Shown here: piece by piece, positions 42,182 to 52,383 of the stretch
Layout of the letters: every line of letters starts with the position of its first letter
Position numbering within the stretch: position 1 is the stretch's first letter
Assembly (NCBI RefSeq): GCF_018061265.1
Contig: NZ_JAGOUM010000003.1
Origin: Rhodoferax sp.
GTDB lineage: Bacteria; Pseudomonadota; Gammaproteobacteria; Burkholderiales; Burkholderiaceae_C
Direction: 5' to 3' (one strand)
Length of the DNA stretch: 64,000 bases
Position numbers and translations under genes: made by a program
The notes under the pieces: model-generated
What the model saw: only the letters and a program-made list of their open reading frames with translations
Databases searched by the model: none
What the model was told of the DNA's origin: nothing

Positions 42182-42562
42182 TTACCGTTTCAACTGGTAT
42201 CCGAGGTATTCAAATACACCGTGCTCATTGAAACGAAGATTGAAGTTGGGAAAGGTCGCGAAGTGCCTTATGCACAGCACGATTTCGTGTCTCCACCAGC
42301 CGTCGAACGGCAGCCAGTGTTGATCCCCAACAAGCTCCTGGGCTGTGTAGATCTCACCTTTGATCAAGTTGCGATTGCCGTTCTCCAAAGTGGTACCCAC
42401 GAGATGGAACAGCATGGGAGTGACCTGAAATTTCTCCAACACGATACAAAAGCCGTGCACTGACCCGCGGTACTTCTCGAAGAACGCCAGGGTTTCTGGT
42501 AATGTCTCGAACGCTTCCTCTGTGGAAGGTGTAGAAGTAGTTGCTTTGTTTTTTGATTTCAT
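42182..42562 (-). CDS. Hypothetical protein (paralogue 2 of 3)
   Basis: YTAQELVGDQHW-x13-CIRHF; AGGAT upstream of the ATG. Confidence 0.65.
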   Translation of the reverse strand: MKSKNKATTSTPSTEEAFETLPETLAFFEKYRGSVHGFCIVLEKFQVTPMLFHLVGTTLENGNRNLIKGEIYTAQELVGDQHWLPFDGWWRHEIVLCIRHFATFPNFNLRFNEHGVFEYLGYQLKR

Positions 42563-42620
42563 AAAAATATCCTAAGAATTGAAATATTGGCTAATGTTGG
42601 TGCGGTGGTTTCCGATGGCC

Positions 42621-42965
42621 TTAGTCGAAGCGAAAACGCGTGGCCTCATGACCGCTACCCGGCAGGACCTTTAACAGGGAATCTGGCTTCTCGGCCAAAT
42701 ACTGAAGGCAGACCGCAGCCAGCTGAATAGGTAGATGCGGCTTATCTGCCCAGAAGTCGATACCCAGGAGTTCGTGCCAGCTGTAGTCGTTGACCGGCAG
42801 CAAATACGGATACATCTTTTTGAGTTGTGCCTCCACCGAATCAACAATGGTGGTGTCGACTAGATACTTTTCGAACAAAACCAACGGGCTATCTTGTTGG
42901 TTTGGCTTTGTTGGCTTGAGGTGCCTGCAGGTTGCTTGCGTAGTGGTGTTATGTTTCCTTGCCAT
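42621..42965 (-). CDS. Hypothetical protein (paralogue 3 of 3)
   Basis: YSWHELLGIDFW-x13-CLQYL; GGAG upstream of ATG 42965. Confidence 0.65.
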   Translation of the reverse strand: MARKHNTTTQATCRHLKPTKPNQQDSPLVLFEKYLVDTTIVDSVEAQLKKMYPYLLPVNDYSWHELLGIDFWADKPHLPIQLAAVCLQYLAEKPDSLLKVLPGSGHEATRFRFD

Positions 42966-43660
42966 ATATGGCTCCAAAATTGATGGGGTTTTCGAGCGTT
43001 GTTTCGAGTCGCCCGGCTCACTTCCTTTGGCGTTCTGTTTTGTTGGGTGTCCTTTCGGTTTGTTCTTCCGTTACCCAACTGGATTCATAGAGATTGATGC
43101 AACCTATTGATTTACAAAGATAAAGTAGACTTTTCGTTTAGTTCTCTGCGCACGTTTTATTAATGAATTTGAGGCTTCTTAACGTACCAAATATGGGCAT
43201 AACACAGCGAAATCTGCCAGAACTGCCTATAAGCTCGCGAAATGTCGAGGCATGCCAACCCTTGGAGCCCTCAAAATGAACGCTTGTAGGCGATTCTGAG
43301 AGGTTGACTTTTTTCTCAATTCGAAAAATTGGCGAAGCTAGATGCTCTTGTGTTCAAAAATCGATCTCTTCAGCACTCTTTAGCATTGCCTGTTAGCGGT
43401 GGCGGAGTAACGGTGGGGGCAGGGGGCAGCAGACTTTGCCAATCTGGTGATGTTCGCGCCGAGTCTGAAACCGGGCGACTTGAAAGCAGCAGCCGGTTCA
43501 TGGTTTCTGCCTCCCCCTCCCTCCTCCAACCTAGTTTTGCTCAGCTTTATGGCCCGCAAGACCTAGTGCAAATCGTCATCTTCGAAAGCCACAGAAGTCA
43601 TGGGGTGTCAAGTAGCGTTCAATACTTTCCACGTAACAGCGTTCAAATCTTTCCAGTAGA

Positions 43661-44404
43661 TCAGTTGGATTTGACGGATTTTTTCCTTTGCTTGAACCGG
43701 AACGAATCATTGCCGGTTTCCAGAATTTCACAGTGGTGAGTAATGCGGTCAAGCAAGGCGGTGGTCATCTTGGCATCCCCAAAGACGGTGACCCATTCGC
43801 CAAATGACAGGTTGGTCGTGATGATCAAGGACGTTTTCTCGTAGAGTTGGCTGATCAGGTGAAACAAAAGCGCGCCACCGGAGGCCGGAAACGGCAAGTA
43901 GCCCAACTCATCAAGAATCAGAGCGTCGATTTGCACCAATTGCTTGGCCAGATTGCCCGCTTTCCCCTGCTGCTTCTCCCGCTCCAACTGATTGACCAAA
44001 TCCACCGCATTGAAGAATCGAACCCGCTTGCCCTGATGAATGGCGGCAACGCCCAAGGCGGTCGCGACATGTGTCTTGCCGGTGCCAGTACCGCCGACCA
44101 GAATCAAATTGTGAGCGCTCTGCATAAAGCCTGCCGTCGCCAATTGCTCCACCTGAGCCTGGGCAAGCGGTGTTTCAGCCCAATCCAAACCCGTCAAATC
44201 GCGATGAATTGGAAAGCGTGCTGCCTTGAGCTGATACCGCAGACTGCGTACTTTGCGGTCAGCTTGCTCCGCATCAATCAAACGATCCAGCCAGGCTTCG
44301 GGTCGCATGGACTGACGCGGCCCCTCTGCCAACAACTCCGTCCAGGCAGTGGCCATGCCGTAGAGATGCAGCGCCTTGAGTTGGGCCAGGCGATCAATGG
44401 ACAT
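43661..44404 (-). CDS. istB: IS21 helper ATPase IstB
   Basis: [18 protein letters not shown] and [10 protein letters not shown]. Confidence 0.95.
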   Translation of the reverse strand: MSIDRLAQLKALHLYGMATAWTELLAEGPRQSMRPEAWLDRLIDAEQADRKVRSLRYQLKAARFPIHRDLTGLDWAETPLAQAQVEQLATAGFMQSAHNLILVGGTGTGKTHVATALGVAAIHQGKRVRFFNAVDLVNQLEREKQQGKAGNLAKQLVQIDALILDELGYLPFPASGGALLFHLISQLYEKTSLIITTNLSFGEWVTVFGDAKMTTALLDRITHHCEILETGNDSFRFKQRKKSVKSN

Positions 44405-45899
44405 ACTGGCCTCCACGCAGATCATCGTAACGGCTGCAATCGGCCATCGGTTCGACCTGCAAACGCAGTTGGTCGGGCAGATTCAAAGGGGCGGCAGGCG
44501 AGGCCGCCGTTAACCGTCTGAGCTCGTTCATAACCACAGCCGCCGTAATGACGCCGCCATCGAGCACCAGCTCACAGGCCACTTGCAGCGGCTCCAGGCC
44601 CACATCCCGGCTGACCAGCAACAACTCCACAAAGGCGCGATCCCCCTTGGGTTGTTTCAAAATCCGATCACGCACCACTCGGATGGGGTGGGGCAAGTCC
44701 CAATCCTGAAACGGTGCCCCATTGCGCAGGGCACCCGGCTTCTTCTCCAGCACTGACAGGTAGTGCCAGGGGTCACAGATCAACTGGTCGCGCCCAAAGC
44801 GACGGCCATGCTGGGCAATAAGCTGGCTGTCTGCGACGATCCGCACCTGATGGGCACACAGCCGCACTGACACCACTTTGCCGGCATAGGTGGCTGGCAC
44901 GCTGTAGCGGTTGCGATCGACGCGCACCAGGCAGGTGTTGGAGACCCGCATCATCTGTTCGACGTAACCATCGAACCTACTGATGATGGGGCGCAGGCTT
45001 GGCACTTCTTGGGCAAAGCACTCGGCTATCGTGCGTGGTGCTTGGGCTGGATGCGGGCGCCCTGCCAACTCCCGACAACGCGTGGTCAGCCACTCGTTCA
45101 ATGCATCAAAGCTCTTGAAGCGTGCCATGGGGGTGAACAGCCATTCCCGCACGTTGCCAACCTGGTTCTCGACTTGGCCTTTCTCCCACCCAGAGGCCGG
45201 TGTGCAAGCCACGGGCTCGAACAGGTAATGGTTGGCCAGCGCCATGAATCGGCGATTGAACTGGCGAGCCTTGCCCAACAAAATAGCGTCGACCACCGTT
45301 TTGAGGTTGTCGTAGATCAGGCGCTGGGGTACACCGCCAAAGAAGGCGAAGGCCCGGTTGTGGGCATCAAACACCATCTCCTGGGTCTCGCGCGGGTACG
45401 CCGCAACAAACATCTGGCGGCTGTGGGCCAGACGAAAATGCGCCACCTTGATGGTTTGGTTAACACCATCAATTTCCACATGTTCCTGGCTCCAATCGAA
45501 CTGGCAGGCGTCACCCGGGGCAAATACTAACGGGATAAACGCCTCCTTGACACTCGGTTTTGCGTGGCTCGCCTTCCATTGTTTGACGAAGCGTTGCACG
45601 CTGTCGTAGGCCCCTTGATACCCTTCGCCTTGCAAACCTTCGAATAGACGATGCGCTGTGCGTCGTTGGGCCTTGGGCAGATGGCGCTCGGTTTCCAGCC
45701 AACCCTGCAGTGTCTTTTGGAATTCCCCCAGCTTGGGTGCCGGTTGCACCTGGCGGTGGTAAACCACTTCGTTCTGGGTTTGTAGATGCTTACGAACGGT
45801 GGGACGGGAAAGCTTCAGATCACGCGCAATGGCGCTGATGCTCTCTTTGCTGACGAGGTGACGGCGCCGGATTTCGGCTATGACTTGCATTGATAACAC
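44394..45899 (-). CDS. istA: IS21 transposase IstA
   Basis: N-terminal HTH, QFDW, YDNLK and WEKGQVE (DDE). Confidence 0.95.
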   Translation of the reverse strand: MLSMQVIAEIRRRHLVSKESISAIARDLKLSRPTVRKHLQTQNEVVYHRQVQPAPKLGEFQKTLQGWLETERHLPKAQRRTAHRLFEGLQGEGYQGAYDSVQRFVKQWKASHAKPSVKEAFIPLVFAPGDACQFDWSQEHVEIDGVNQTIKVAHFRLAHSRQMFVAAYPRETQEMVFDAHNRAFAFFGGVPQRLIYDNLKTVVDAILLGKARQFNRRFMALANHYLFEPVACTPASGWEKGQVENQVGNVREWLFTPMARFKSFDALNEWLTTRCRELAGRPHPAQAPRTIAECFAQEVPSLRPIISRFDGYVEQMMRVSNTCLVRVDRNRYSVPATYAGKVVSVRLCAHQVRIVADSQLIAQHGRRFGRDQLICDPWHYLSVLEKKPGALRNGAPFQDWDLPHPIRVVRDRILKQPKGDRAFVELLLVSRDVGLEPLQVACELVLDGGVITAAVVMNELRRLTAASPAAPLNLPDQLRLQVEPMADCSRYDDLRGGQYVH

Positions 45900-46082
45900 T
45901 CCAGATTCCCCGGCAAAAGCGCCGGATGGTTGCACAACCCCGGGTGGAAACTTTTGGACGCTGTTTACCCCGGGAATCTGGAAAGTTTTGCACGCTGTTT
46001 AACACAACATCAGGGATTGGGGGAGAGGGTTGTGTACGGCAATGCGTACAGGGAAAGGGTGGTGGAAGTGGTCGATACTTGG

Positions 46083-46241
46083 TCAGTGAACAGTGATGTC
46101 AAAGTAGCTGTCGCGCCAGTCATCCTCACAGCCAGCCAGGTGGTTGGCTTGGGCATTAACTGCTTCGCTGTAGCTGTCCTCGGGAATGTCCCAATCCAGA
46201 ACGGCAATGGCGGCATCGAAATAGCGGTCTTGAACTTGCAT
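46083..46241 (-). CDS. Small acidic hypothetical protein (52 aa)
   Basis: Translated by hand (MQVQDRYFDAAIAVLDWDIPEDSYSEAV...); strong AGGAG RBS; below the ORF-track length cutoff. Confidence 0.5.
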   Translation of the reverse strand: MQVQDRYFDAAIAVLDWDIPEDSYSEAVNAQANHLAGCEDDWRDSYFDITVH

Positions 46242-46252
46242 GATAAAAACTC

Positions 46253-46495
46253 CTAAGATTTATAGACATAAAAAATGGCAAGTCCCAGAATGAGAATTGC
46301 CACGGACGGGATCGGATGGATTGCGGTCAACAGAGCGGCAGCCGCGATGCCCATCCAGCGGGTGCTGGAGAACATCAGACCTAAAGCGCAAGCTGTTACC
46401 AGAGCAGCAGTGATGGCGATGTGTGTTCCTTGGGTTGTGTGATGGAAAAGTTGTGCACCGAGCAGATTTGCAGTGCTGAAAAGCAGTTCAGGCAA
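46253..46495 (-). CDS. Small membrane protein
   Basis: Hydrophobic 80-aa ORF co-oriented with its neighbours; start uncertain. Confidence 0.5.
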   Translation of the reverse strand: MPELLFSTANLLGAQLFHHTTQGTHIAITAALVTACALGLMFSSTRWMGIAAAALLTAIHPIPSVAILILGLAIFYVYKS

Positions 46496-46684
46496 CTGCC
46501 ATAGCCGAAAAGCGTTCGGTATTCGGTCGGTCCGCGCCTCACCCTGCGCTACATCACTAAGGTATGCAGCAACAGAGCGGCGGACTTAAACTCCAGCGAA
46601 CCAGCGCACGCCTGATGGGGCTGGCTATGGGCGTTGGGATGAACGCGGCTATGTCAGTCGCAGTTATGGCCGCTGGCGGGCGGT

Positions 46685-47251
46685 TTACGTCCGCTTGGAC
46701 GGACGGCCACGTTTGGCAACAGGTACTTCGACAGCTTCGGCAGCATCGACTTCGGCAACATCGGCCACTGTTTCCAGCGCTGCCAGTGCTTCATCAGCAT
46801 CGCCCAGATCCACACCGGCTGCGATTAGGGAATTGATGTGTTGCAGGAATGGCTTGAAATCCTGCCGCATGTAATGCCGCTCGGATGGACAAACCAAGCC
46901 TTCGCCACGCAGCACAGCCAGCATAAAACCCGCGTTGTTCCGGCTGGTTCCTGCGTACAGTGGCGCGAGCGTGGCCGATGTGATCTTGTCGGCGTGTACC
47001 AAAGCATTGGCGATGTCCATAAACGCCACCCAGTTTGTGCTGAACATTCCGGCGGCTGTATTGCTGCGCAAGCTCAGGTAAATCGCATTGCTTTCGTCAC
47101 AGCCGATGGCGTACCCCAATATGCTCTTGTTGGACAGGCTCGTGGTCGTGGCCACTTTCAGCACACGCATGGGATCGACGGTGGCTTCTGGAATGTCGGT
47201 AGCTTCGGATTCGGCAATGACGGTGTCGGCAGATGCTGTAACTGTTGTCAT
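46685..47251 (-). CDS. Hypothetical protein with C-terminal AT-hook-like KRGRP
   Basis: 188 aa; AAGGAG RBS; acidic linker followed by AKRGRPSKRT. Confidence 0.7.
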   Translation of the reverse strand: MTTVTASADTVIAESEATDIPEATVDPMRVLKVATTTSLSNKSILGYAIGCDESNAIYLSLRSNTAAGMFSTNWVAFMDIANALVHADKITSATLAPLYAGTSRNNAGFMLAVLRGEGLVCPSERHYMRQDFKPFLQHINSLIAAGVDLGDADEALAALETVADVAEVDAAEAVEVPVAKRGRPSKRT

Positions 47252-47585
47252 GGTGAAAATCTCCTTTTGGTGAATGGTTGGGAAGTGCTCAGTTAACGCG
47301 ACGACGTTCCAGGCTGGGCAATTGGCGCGGCGATGGCCAGTAGCGATACCGGCGCGGAAAGCTGTCTTTGGGCAGGAAGGCTGAGGTGGAAGTGCAAATT
47401 GGCGCGTTGTGGCAGATGGTCATGGTGGTTTCCTTGGTAAAAGTGGATGGAAGATCGATAGCTGTTGCCTATCTATATAAGATGCTCCTAGAAGCGAAGC
47501 GGCGGCAGATACAAAAAGGCCACCGCTTGGGTGGCACATCGAAGGCACCGCTTAAGTGGCATTGGCTGGGACGTCGGAAAATGGC

Positions 47586-47927
47586 TCAAGGCAATATCGC
47601 CGGAACTGCATACAGACGGCACATCGCCAGCAGCTCAGGCAGGTCAATGCCTTTGGGCACGAACACCTCGATGCCAAAGCCGTCCTGGCCAAGTACGTAC
47701 ACCAGCTCGTACCAGTGGGTATGTTCCAGAACGGACTCGTGGCGGTTGGCAAGAATGGGGAAACCCAGCTGTGCATCAAGGTTGGCAAGGGTGTCGCCCA
47801 GTTCGACTATGAGGATGTAGCCCAGGATCTCCGGGCAGTCTGCAACTCGGGCAAAGGTGTCGGATATGAGCTGGCGTAGCTCTGGACCCAGTGCGCCAAC
47901 ATCGGCAGCGGTTCGAATGATTTGCAT
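47586..47927 (-). CDS. Hypothetical protein (MQIIR... family), intact copy
   Basis: GGAG RBS; clear paralogue fragment at 50330-50473. Confidence 0.75.
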   Translation of the reverse strand: MQIIRTAADVGALGPELRQLISDTFARVADCPEILGYILIVELGDTLANLDAQLGFPILANRHESVLEHTHWYELVYVLGQDGFGIEVFVPKGIDLPELLAMCRLYAVPAILP

Positions 47928-48182
47928 AGTTACTCCAGTCAAAAAAGAAAGCACCCAGGACCGCGAGGATCGAGGGTGCTTTGTTGCCTTAGACCGGGTG
48001 GACTAAGGGTTGGGGCCAATTTGAAGGCATGCCCGATATGCCTACGACATTTCCAGTTTTGCGCCCACGTAACGTCGTCAAATAGGCTTATTGCCGCGCG
48101 CGGCTTTTGGAAAACACAGTGGAGACAAAAAAGCACCCGAGACCACAAGGATCAGGGGTGCAAAAAGAAGATCAGTTGTTTG

Positions 48183-48385
48183 CTACATCATCAGTAGCGC
48201 AGGGATTCCGTACGCAATCAGCAGGAACATCAGAAAGCCAGAGAGGAACGCTCCCAGAATCCCTGCCACCAACGTCACCAAGGCCATCTGCATGGTGTCG
48301 ATAAAGCCCATGGGAGGCATCTTGGCGAACCGAGTGGCTGCGCCGATGTGGTCAGTCGTGGCCCAGCGGCCAAGTCCGGTGATCA
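48183..48385 (-). pseudogene. 3' remnant of a membrane protein gene cut by the IS1634-family element
   Basis: Frame ends ...GILGAFLSGFLMFLLIAYGIPALLMM* and abuts the IS end at 48386. Confidence 0.55.
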
Positions 48386-50329
48386 CGAGTTCGACACCTT
48401 TTTGCCAAAAATCCGGATTTTCCGTCCCGACCTGCCAATAGATTCAACCACTTACGTCAGTTTTTGCGTCCTGAATGAAAAGTGCTTGTAGTGGCACGTT
48501 TTGCTATTCAAGTAGTTTTTTACTTTCAGATCCGAGCTACACTCAACCCCATGTTCATCAAGGTCACCCAATCCGCAAATCGGCGCTACGCCCAGTTGGT
48601 GGAGTCTTTCCGCAACGAAGAAGGCAAACCCCGCCAACGCACCGTCTGCACCTTGGGTCGCCTTGAGACCGGTGGCGAAGTCGATACCCTGATTGCCTCC
48701 TTGCAGCGCGCCCGAGGGCTGGCTCCTACAGCTTGTGCACTTGACGGCCTGCGCTTTACCGACAGTCGCCACGCCGGCGACATCTGGGCCTTGTCTGAAC
48801 TCTGGCGCTCCCTGGGATTTGACTCTCTGGCGACCTCCTGGCGACACTCCAAAACCGAGGTTGATGTCCTGACCTGTTTGCGCCTGATGGTCTTGAACCG
48901 CCTGTGTGACCCCGGTAGCAAACTCGGTGTGCTGCGTTGGCTTGAAACGGTGGCCTTGCCTGCGGACTCTGGAGTTATCACTGAGCACCAGCACCTGCTG
49001 CGCGCCATGGACGTGCTCGATGAGCACAGCGACAAACTCCACACCCGGCTGGCCACGCTCATGCGTCCCCTGATTGACCAAGACCTCTCGGTGGTGTTTT
49101 ATGACCTCACCACAGTGGCTGTCACTGGCCAGGCAGATGTCGAAGATGACGTGCGTGCTTACGGCATGGCCAAGTCTGGCCTGATCGAGCGCCAGTTTAT
49201 GTTGTCCCTGGTGCAAACCGCTGAGGGTTTGCCCATCGCTCACGAAGTCCATCCTGGCAACACGGCAGAGGCCAAAACCCTGTTGCCCATGATCCGGGGA
49301 CTGTTGGCGCGCTACCCGCTCAAACGCGTGGTGCTCATTGCCGATCGGGGGTTGCTCAGCACTGTCAACATCGATGAATTGAACAAACTGCAAGCGCAGC
49401 TCAAAAAAGGCGCACGAGATGTGGCCGTGGAGTACATCCTGGCGGTGCCGGCAGCACGATATGGGGACTTTGCAGATGACCTCAAAAAACTCAATGAGGC
49501 CCAAAAGGTTGGCCAAGAATGGTGCGCCGAGACCCGTTGGAGCGATAGCCGCCTGGTGGTGGCGCACGACCCGGTGGCGGCCAGCAGGCGTACAGTCGCA
49601 CGAGACAACACGATAGCTGAACTGATTAAGCTGGGCCAGCAGTGCAGCGGCAAACTCGACGCGCAAGACGAGTGTCAGCGCACCGGGACAAAGAACAAAA
49701 GCAAAGGCCGTCCGATGTCGGATTCGGGTACCAAGGCGCGTTTCTACCATGCAGTCAAAGACGCCCATATGGCGCATCTGATCAAGGTGGACTTGAAGGC
49801 TGAGCTGTTCAGCTACGCGATTGACGAGGACAAAAAGCGCTATCTGGAGCTGCTCGATGGAAAGCTGCTGCTGGTGACCAACACCAGCGCATCAGCGGCT
49901 GAGGTGGTGCAACGCTACAAGAGCCTGGCTGATATTGAACGAGGATTCCGGGTGCTTAAATCCGACATCGAGATTGGCCCGGTGTATCACCGATTGCCCA
50001 AGCGCATTCGCGCCCATGCGCTGATTTGTTTCATGGCGCTGGTTCTGTACCGGGTGATGCGCATGCGGCTCAAGGCAGCCAAGCGACCAGAGTCACCGAC
50101 CACGCTACTGGAGCAACTCAAACGCATTCATCAGCAGACTGTTGAGACCGGGGACGGGAAAACATTGACCGGATTGACCGAGATCACACCGGCCCAGAAG
50201 TCGCTGTTTGCTGCCTTGGACTTGACACCACCCACCCCTTCAGACCTCGCCAAACCCGTTTTGTAGTCTGCGCTTTGAAGTCCGTTTCTAATGGAATCAT
50301 GCACTTACATCCAGGAAGTGTCGAACTTG
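48386..50329 (+). mobile_element. IS1634-family insertion sequence
   Basis: Terminal IRs CGAGTTCGACAC and CAAGTTCGACAC around a single DDE transposase. Confidence 0.85.
48551..50266 (+). CDS. IS1634-family transposase
   Basis: YAQLVESFR...KPRQR, FYDLTT, IADRG and YKSLADIERGFRVLK...PVYH...IRAH. Confidence 0.9.
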   Translation: MFIKVTQSANRRYAQLVESFRNEEGKPRQRTVCTLGRLETGGEVDTLIASLQRARGLAPTACALDGLRFTDSRHAGDIWALSELWRSLGFDSLATSWRHSKTEVDVLTCLRLMVLNRLCDPGSKLGVLRWLETVALPADSGVITEHQHLLRAMDVLDEHSDKLHTRLATLMRPLIDQDLSVVFYDLTTVAVTGQADVEDDVRAYGMAKSGLIERQFMLSLVQTAEGLPIAHEVHPGNTAEAKTLLPMIRGLLARYPLKRVVLIADRGLLSTVNIDELNKLQAQLKKGARDVAVEYILAVPAARYGDFADDLKKLNEAQKVGQEWCAETRWSDSRLVVAHDPVAASRRTVARDNTIAELIKLGQQCSGKLDAQDECQRTGTKNKSKGRPMSDSGTKARFYHAVKDAHMAHLIKVDLKAELFSYAIDEDKKRYLELLDGKLLLVTNTSASAAEVVQRYKSLADIERGFRVLKSDIEIGPVYHRLPKRIRAHALICFMALVLYRVMRMRLKAAKRPESPTTLLEQLKRIHQQTVETGDGKTLTGLTEITPAQKSLFAALDLTPPTPSDLAKPVL

Positions 50330-50473
50330 AGTGGCTATGGTGTCACCCGGCTCGACGAGCAGGATGAATCCCAGGATTTCGGGGCAGTCGCTGACCGTGG
50401 CAAAGACACGATCGATAAGTTGTCGGAGTTCAGGATCGGAAATGGCATCGGCAGGTGAACGGATGATTTGCAT
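50330..50473 (-). pseudogene. 5' remnant of an MQIIR-family paralogue, truncated by the IS
   Basis: MQIIRSPADAISDPELRQLIDRVFATVSDCPEILGFILLVEPGDTIAT matches the N-terminus of 47586-47927, then runs into the IS end. Confidence 0.75.
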
Positions 50474-50557
50474 AAGGTTGCTCCAGAAAAATGAGGACGA
50501 AAAAAAGCCCGCGACCCTTTCGGGAGGCAGGCAAGGTGGGGATTGGCTAGTGGGTTG

Positions 50558-50660
50558 CTACATAAACAGCAGGAGCGGTATACCGTAGGCGAACAACAAG
50601 ACAATCATGATGGCTGACCCAATGGCACCCAGGATTCCGAAGAACAGCTGGATCAATAAA
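50558..50660 (-). pseudogene. 3' remnant of a second membrane-protein paralogue
   Basis: ...LFFGILGAIGSAIMIVLLFAYGIPLLLFM* matches the 48183 remnant; upstream sequence is replaced by AT-rich DNA. Confidence 0.6.
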
Positions 50661-50686
50661 CTAATTGCTTGAATATAGGTTTAATA

Positions 50687-51097
50687 TCATTCACTTTTTT
50701 CAAGAATAGAAAACTCACCAATGCATGCTCTTTTTGAATCTTCAAGAATTTTGTTATATGTAGCCGCAATTCCAACCCCAGCTCGATATCTAACTTCGAT
50801 GGTTGGCGGTAGTTTTTCGCTTAAGGCTGACAATGCTTTTTCTTCAATATTTTTCATGCATGATATTTTTTCTTCAAGAGTACCATCTCCCTCCTTGCAA
50901 GCCTCAGCCTTTTCAACAAACATTATTCTCAATTTAGATCTTTCATCTTCAGATTTAAAATTTGGAATTGCACATGAAAAAAGAATTTTTGGCGCACCCA
51001 ATTCTTTGTATTTGGCATAGTCAGCGTCAGATATGCCTCCTGGGTTCCCGCATGCTGTAATGACGATTATCAAAGGATAAGTTATATAGTTCTTCAT
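50687..51097 (-). CDS. AT-rich putative lipoprotein
   Basis: Signal peptide with lipobox-like ITA-C-GN. Confidence 0.65.
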   Translation of the reverse strand: MKNYITYPLIIVITACGNPGGISDADYAKYKELGAPKILFSCAIPNFKSEDERSKLRIMFVEKAEACKEGDGTLEEKISCMKNIEEKALSALSEKLPPTIEVRYRAGVGIAATYNKILEDSKRACIGEFSILEKSE

Positions 51098-51327
51098 TTT
51101 CTACGATATATATTTATTAACTAATTATTGACACATTTATGATTTAAAAAATACCATCATGTGATTTTTCGTAAATTTAACGATAAATTTTATTATTTTT
51201 GACAAAATTTCGATAAAAGTTTATATTATTTGTTGAAATATTAAAATTGATTTCATATTTAACTATTTGTTTTTGGTACCGCTATTAATTTTAATAAAGA
51301 AATTTTTATCACTCATTGAATTTTTAA

Positions 51328-51801
51328 TTATTTAAATCCAAGAATCTTCTTTTTTTCGACATCAAACTCTTCTTGAGTCAATATTCCCTTTTGACGGAGA
51401 TCATCTAGATCGATTAGTTGTTTGTGAAAATCTATATTGCTTAAATTCGGTTGGTTCGGCATGCCTTGGCGGGATGATTCCTTGGAGTGTCCTGACTTAA
51501 GTCCCATCGCAATTCCTGCTCCTGCACCTACCACTGCGCCAAAGATTGGACCAATAATTGGTATTGGAACTGCAACGGCTGCGCCTATTGCTGCTCCCGT
51601 GGCTGCATCTTTGCCCATCTCAGATTTCGCCGCTCGCCTTCCAAGCTCGACAGCTTCGTCAGCAGCCGTACTGATTGCAGATCTTGTTTTTTGCACGACC
51701 ATCTTTGTATCTTCATGCTCGACAAATGCGTTAACAGACCTAGAGGCTTGTTGGGCTTTCTCTTGCAAGAAGGTCTTCATCCCCTGCAGCTTTGAATTCA
51801 T
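51328..51801 (-). CDS. Glycine-zipper / SHOCT domain protein
   Basis: GAAIGAAVAVPIPIIGPIFGAVVGAGAG and C-terminal LDDLRQKGILTQEEFDVEKKKIL. Confidence 0.8.
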   Translation of the reverse strand: MNSKLQGMKTFLQEKAQQASRSVNAFVEHEDTKMVVQKTRSAISTAADEAVELGRRAAKSEMGKDAATGAAIGAAVAVPIPIIGPIFGAVVGAGAGIAMGLKSGHSKESSRQGMPNQPNLSNIDFHKQLIDLDDLRQKGILTQEEFDVEKKKILGFK

Positions 51802-51895
51802 GTAGGTCCCCGTTTTCCTTGAAGATGGAAATCTGGTTTGTCACTGTAACGACTTTCGTGACGACAACTTTGATCTATGTCACGAAACTGGTTAC

Positions 51896-52222
51896 ATGCC
51901 CAGTTCTCATGCAGTCTCCGTTGTTGGCCGTCGTATGCGCCAGTTGCGTGAGCTGAAAGGGTGGTCGCAAGAGAAGGTCGGCGTAGCGATTGGCATTGAC
52001 GAATCCAGCAGTCGTGCCAAGATCGGTCGATACGAACTCGGCATGCATGAACCTGCAGTGCCGACAGCGAGGCTCATAGCAACAGCTCTCGGTGTGCCTC
52101 TGACCTATCTCTACTGCGAAGATGATGGAGTCGCTGCGCTGCTAATGGCGCTGCATAACCTCGATGCCCGCGAACGTGGCCGCAAGGTTGAGGGGCTCCT
52201 TGAGCAGCTTGCTGCTGCCTGA
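51896..52222 (+). CDS. XRE-family HTH transcriptional regulator
   Basis: RMRQLRELKGWSQEKVG...IGRYELGMHEP. Confidence 0.88.
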   Translation: MPSSHAVSVVGRRMRQLRELKGWSQEKVGVAIGIDESSSRAKIGRYELGMHEPAVPTARLIATALGVPLTYLYCEDDGVAALLMALHNLDARERGRKVEGLLEQLAAA

Positions 52223-52383
52223 AACCGAAGATGCCTAAGGATTCCACTGAATCCCTCCACTAGGTCAAGGTTGAAAACGCCTTATACCCAACGATGTACT
52301 GGCCAATCACTGGCTCTGTGGAGGAAGACTTTAGCACCCAGCTGCCTATGGCGTTTCGCAGATTCGCTGTTTGTTGATCTGGG

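Larger units (their letters stand above)
43606..46004 (-). mobile_element. IS21-family insertion sequence
   Basis: Terminal IRs TGTCAAGTAGCGTTCAATACTTTCC and TGTTAAACAGCGTGCAAAACTTTCC with internal repeats; encloses istA and istB. Confidence 0.92.
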
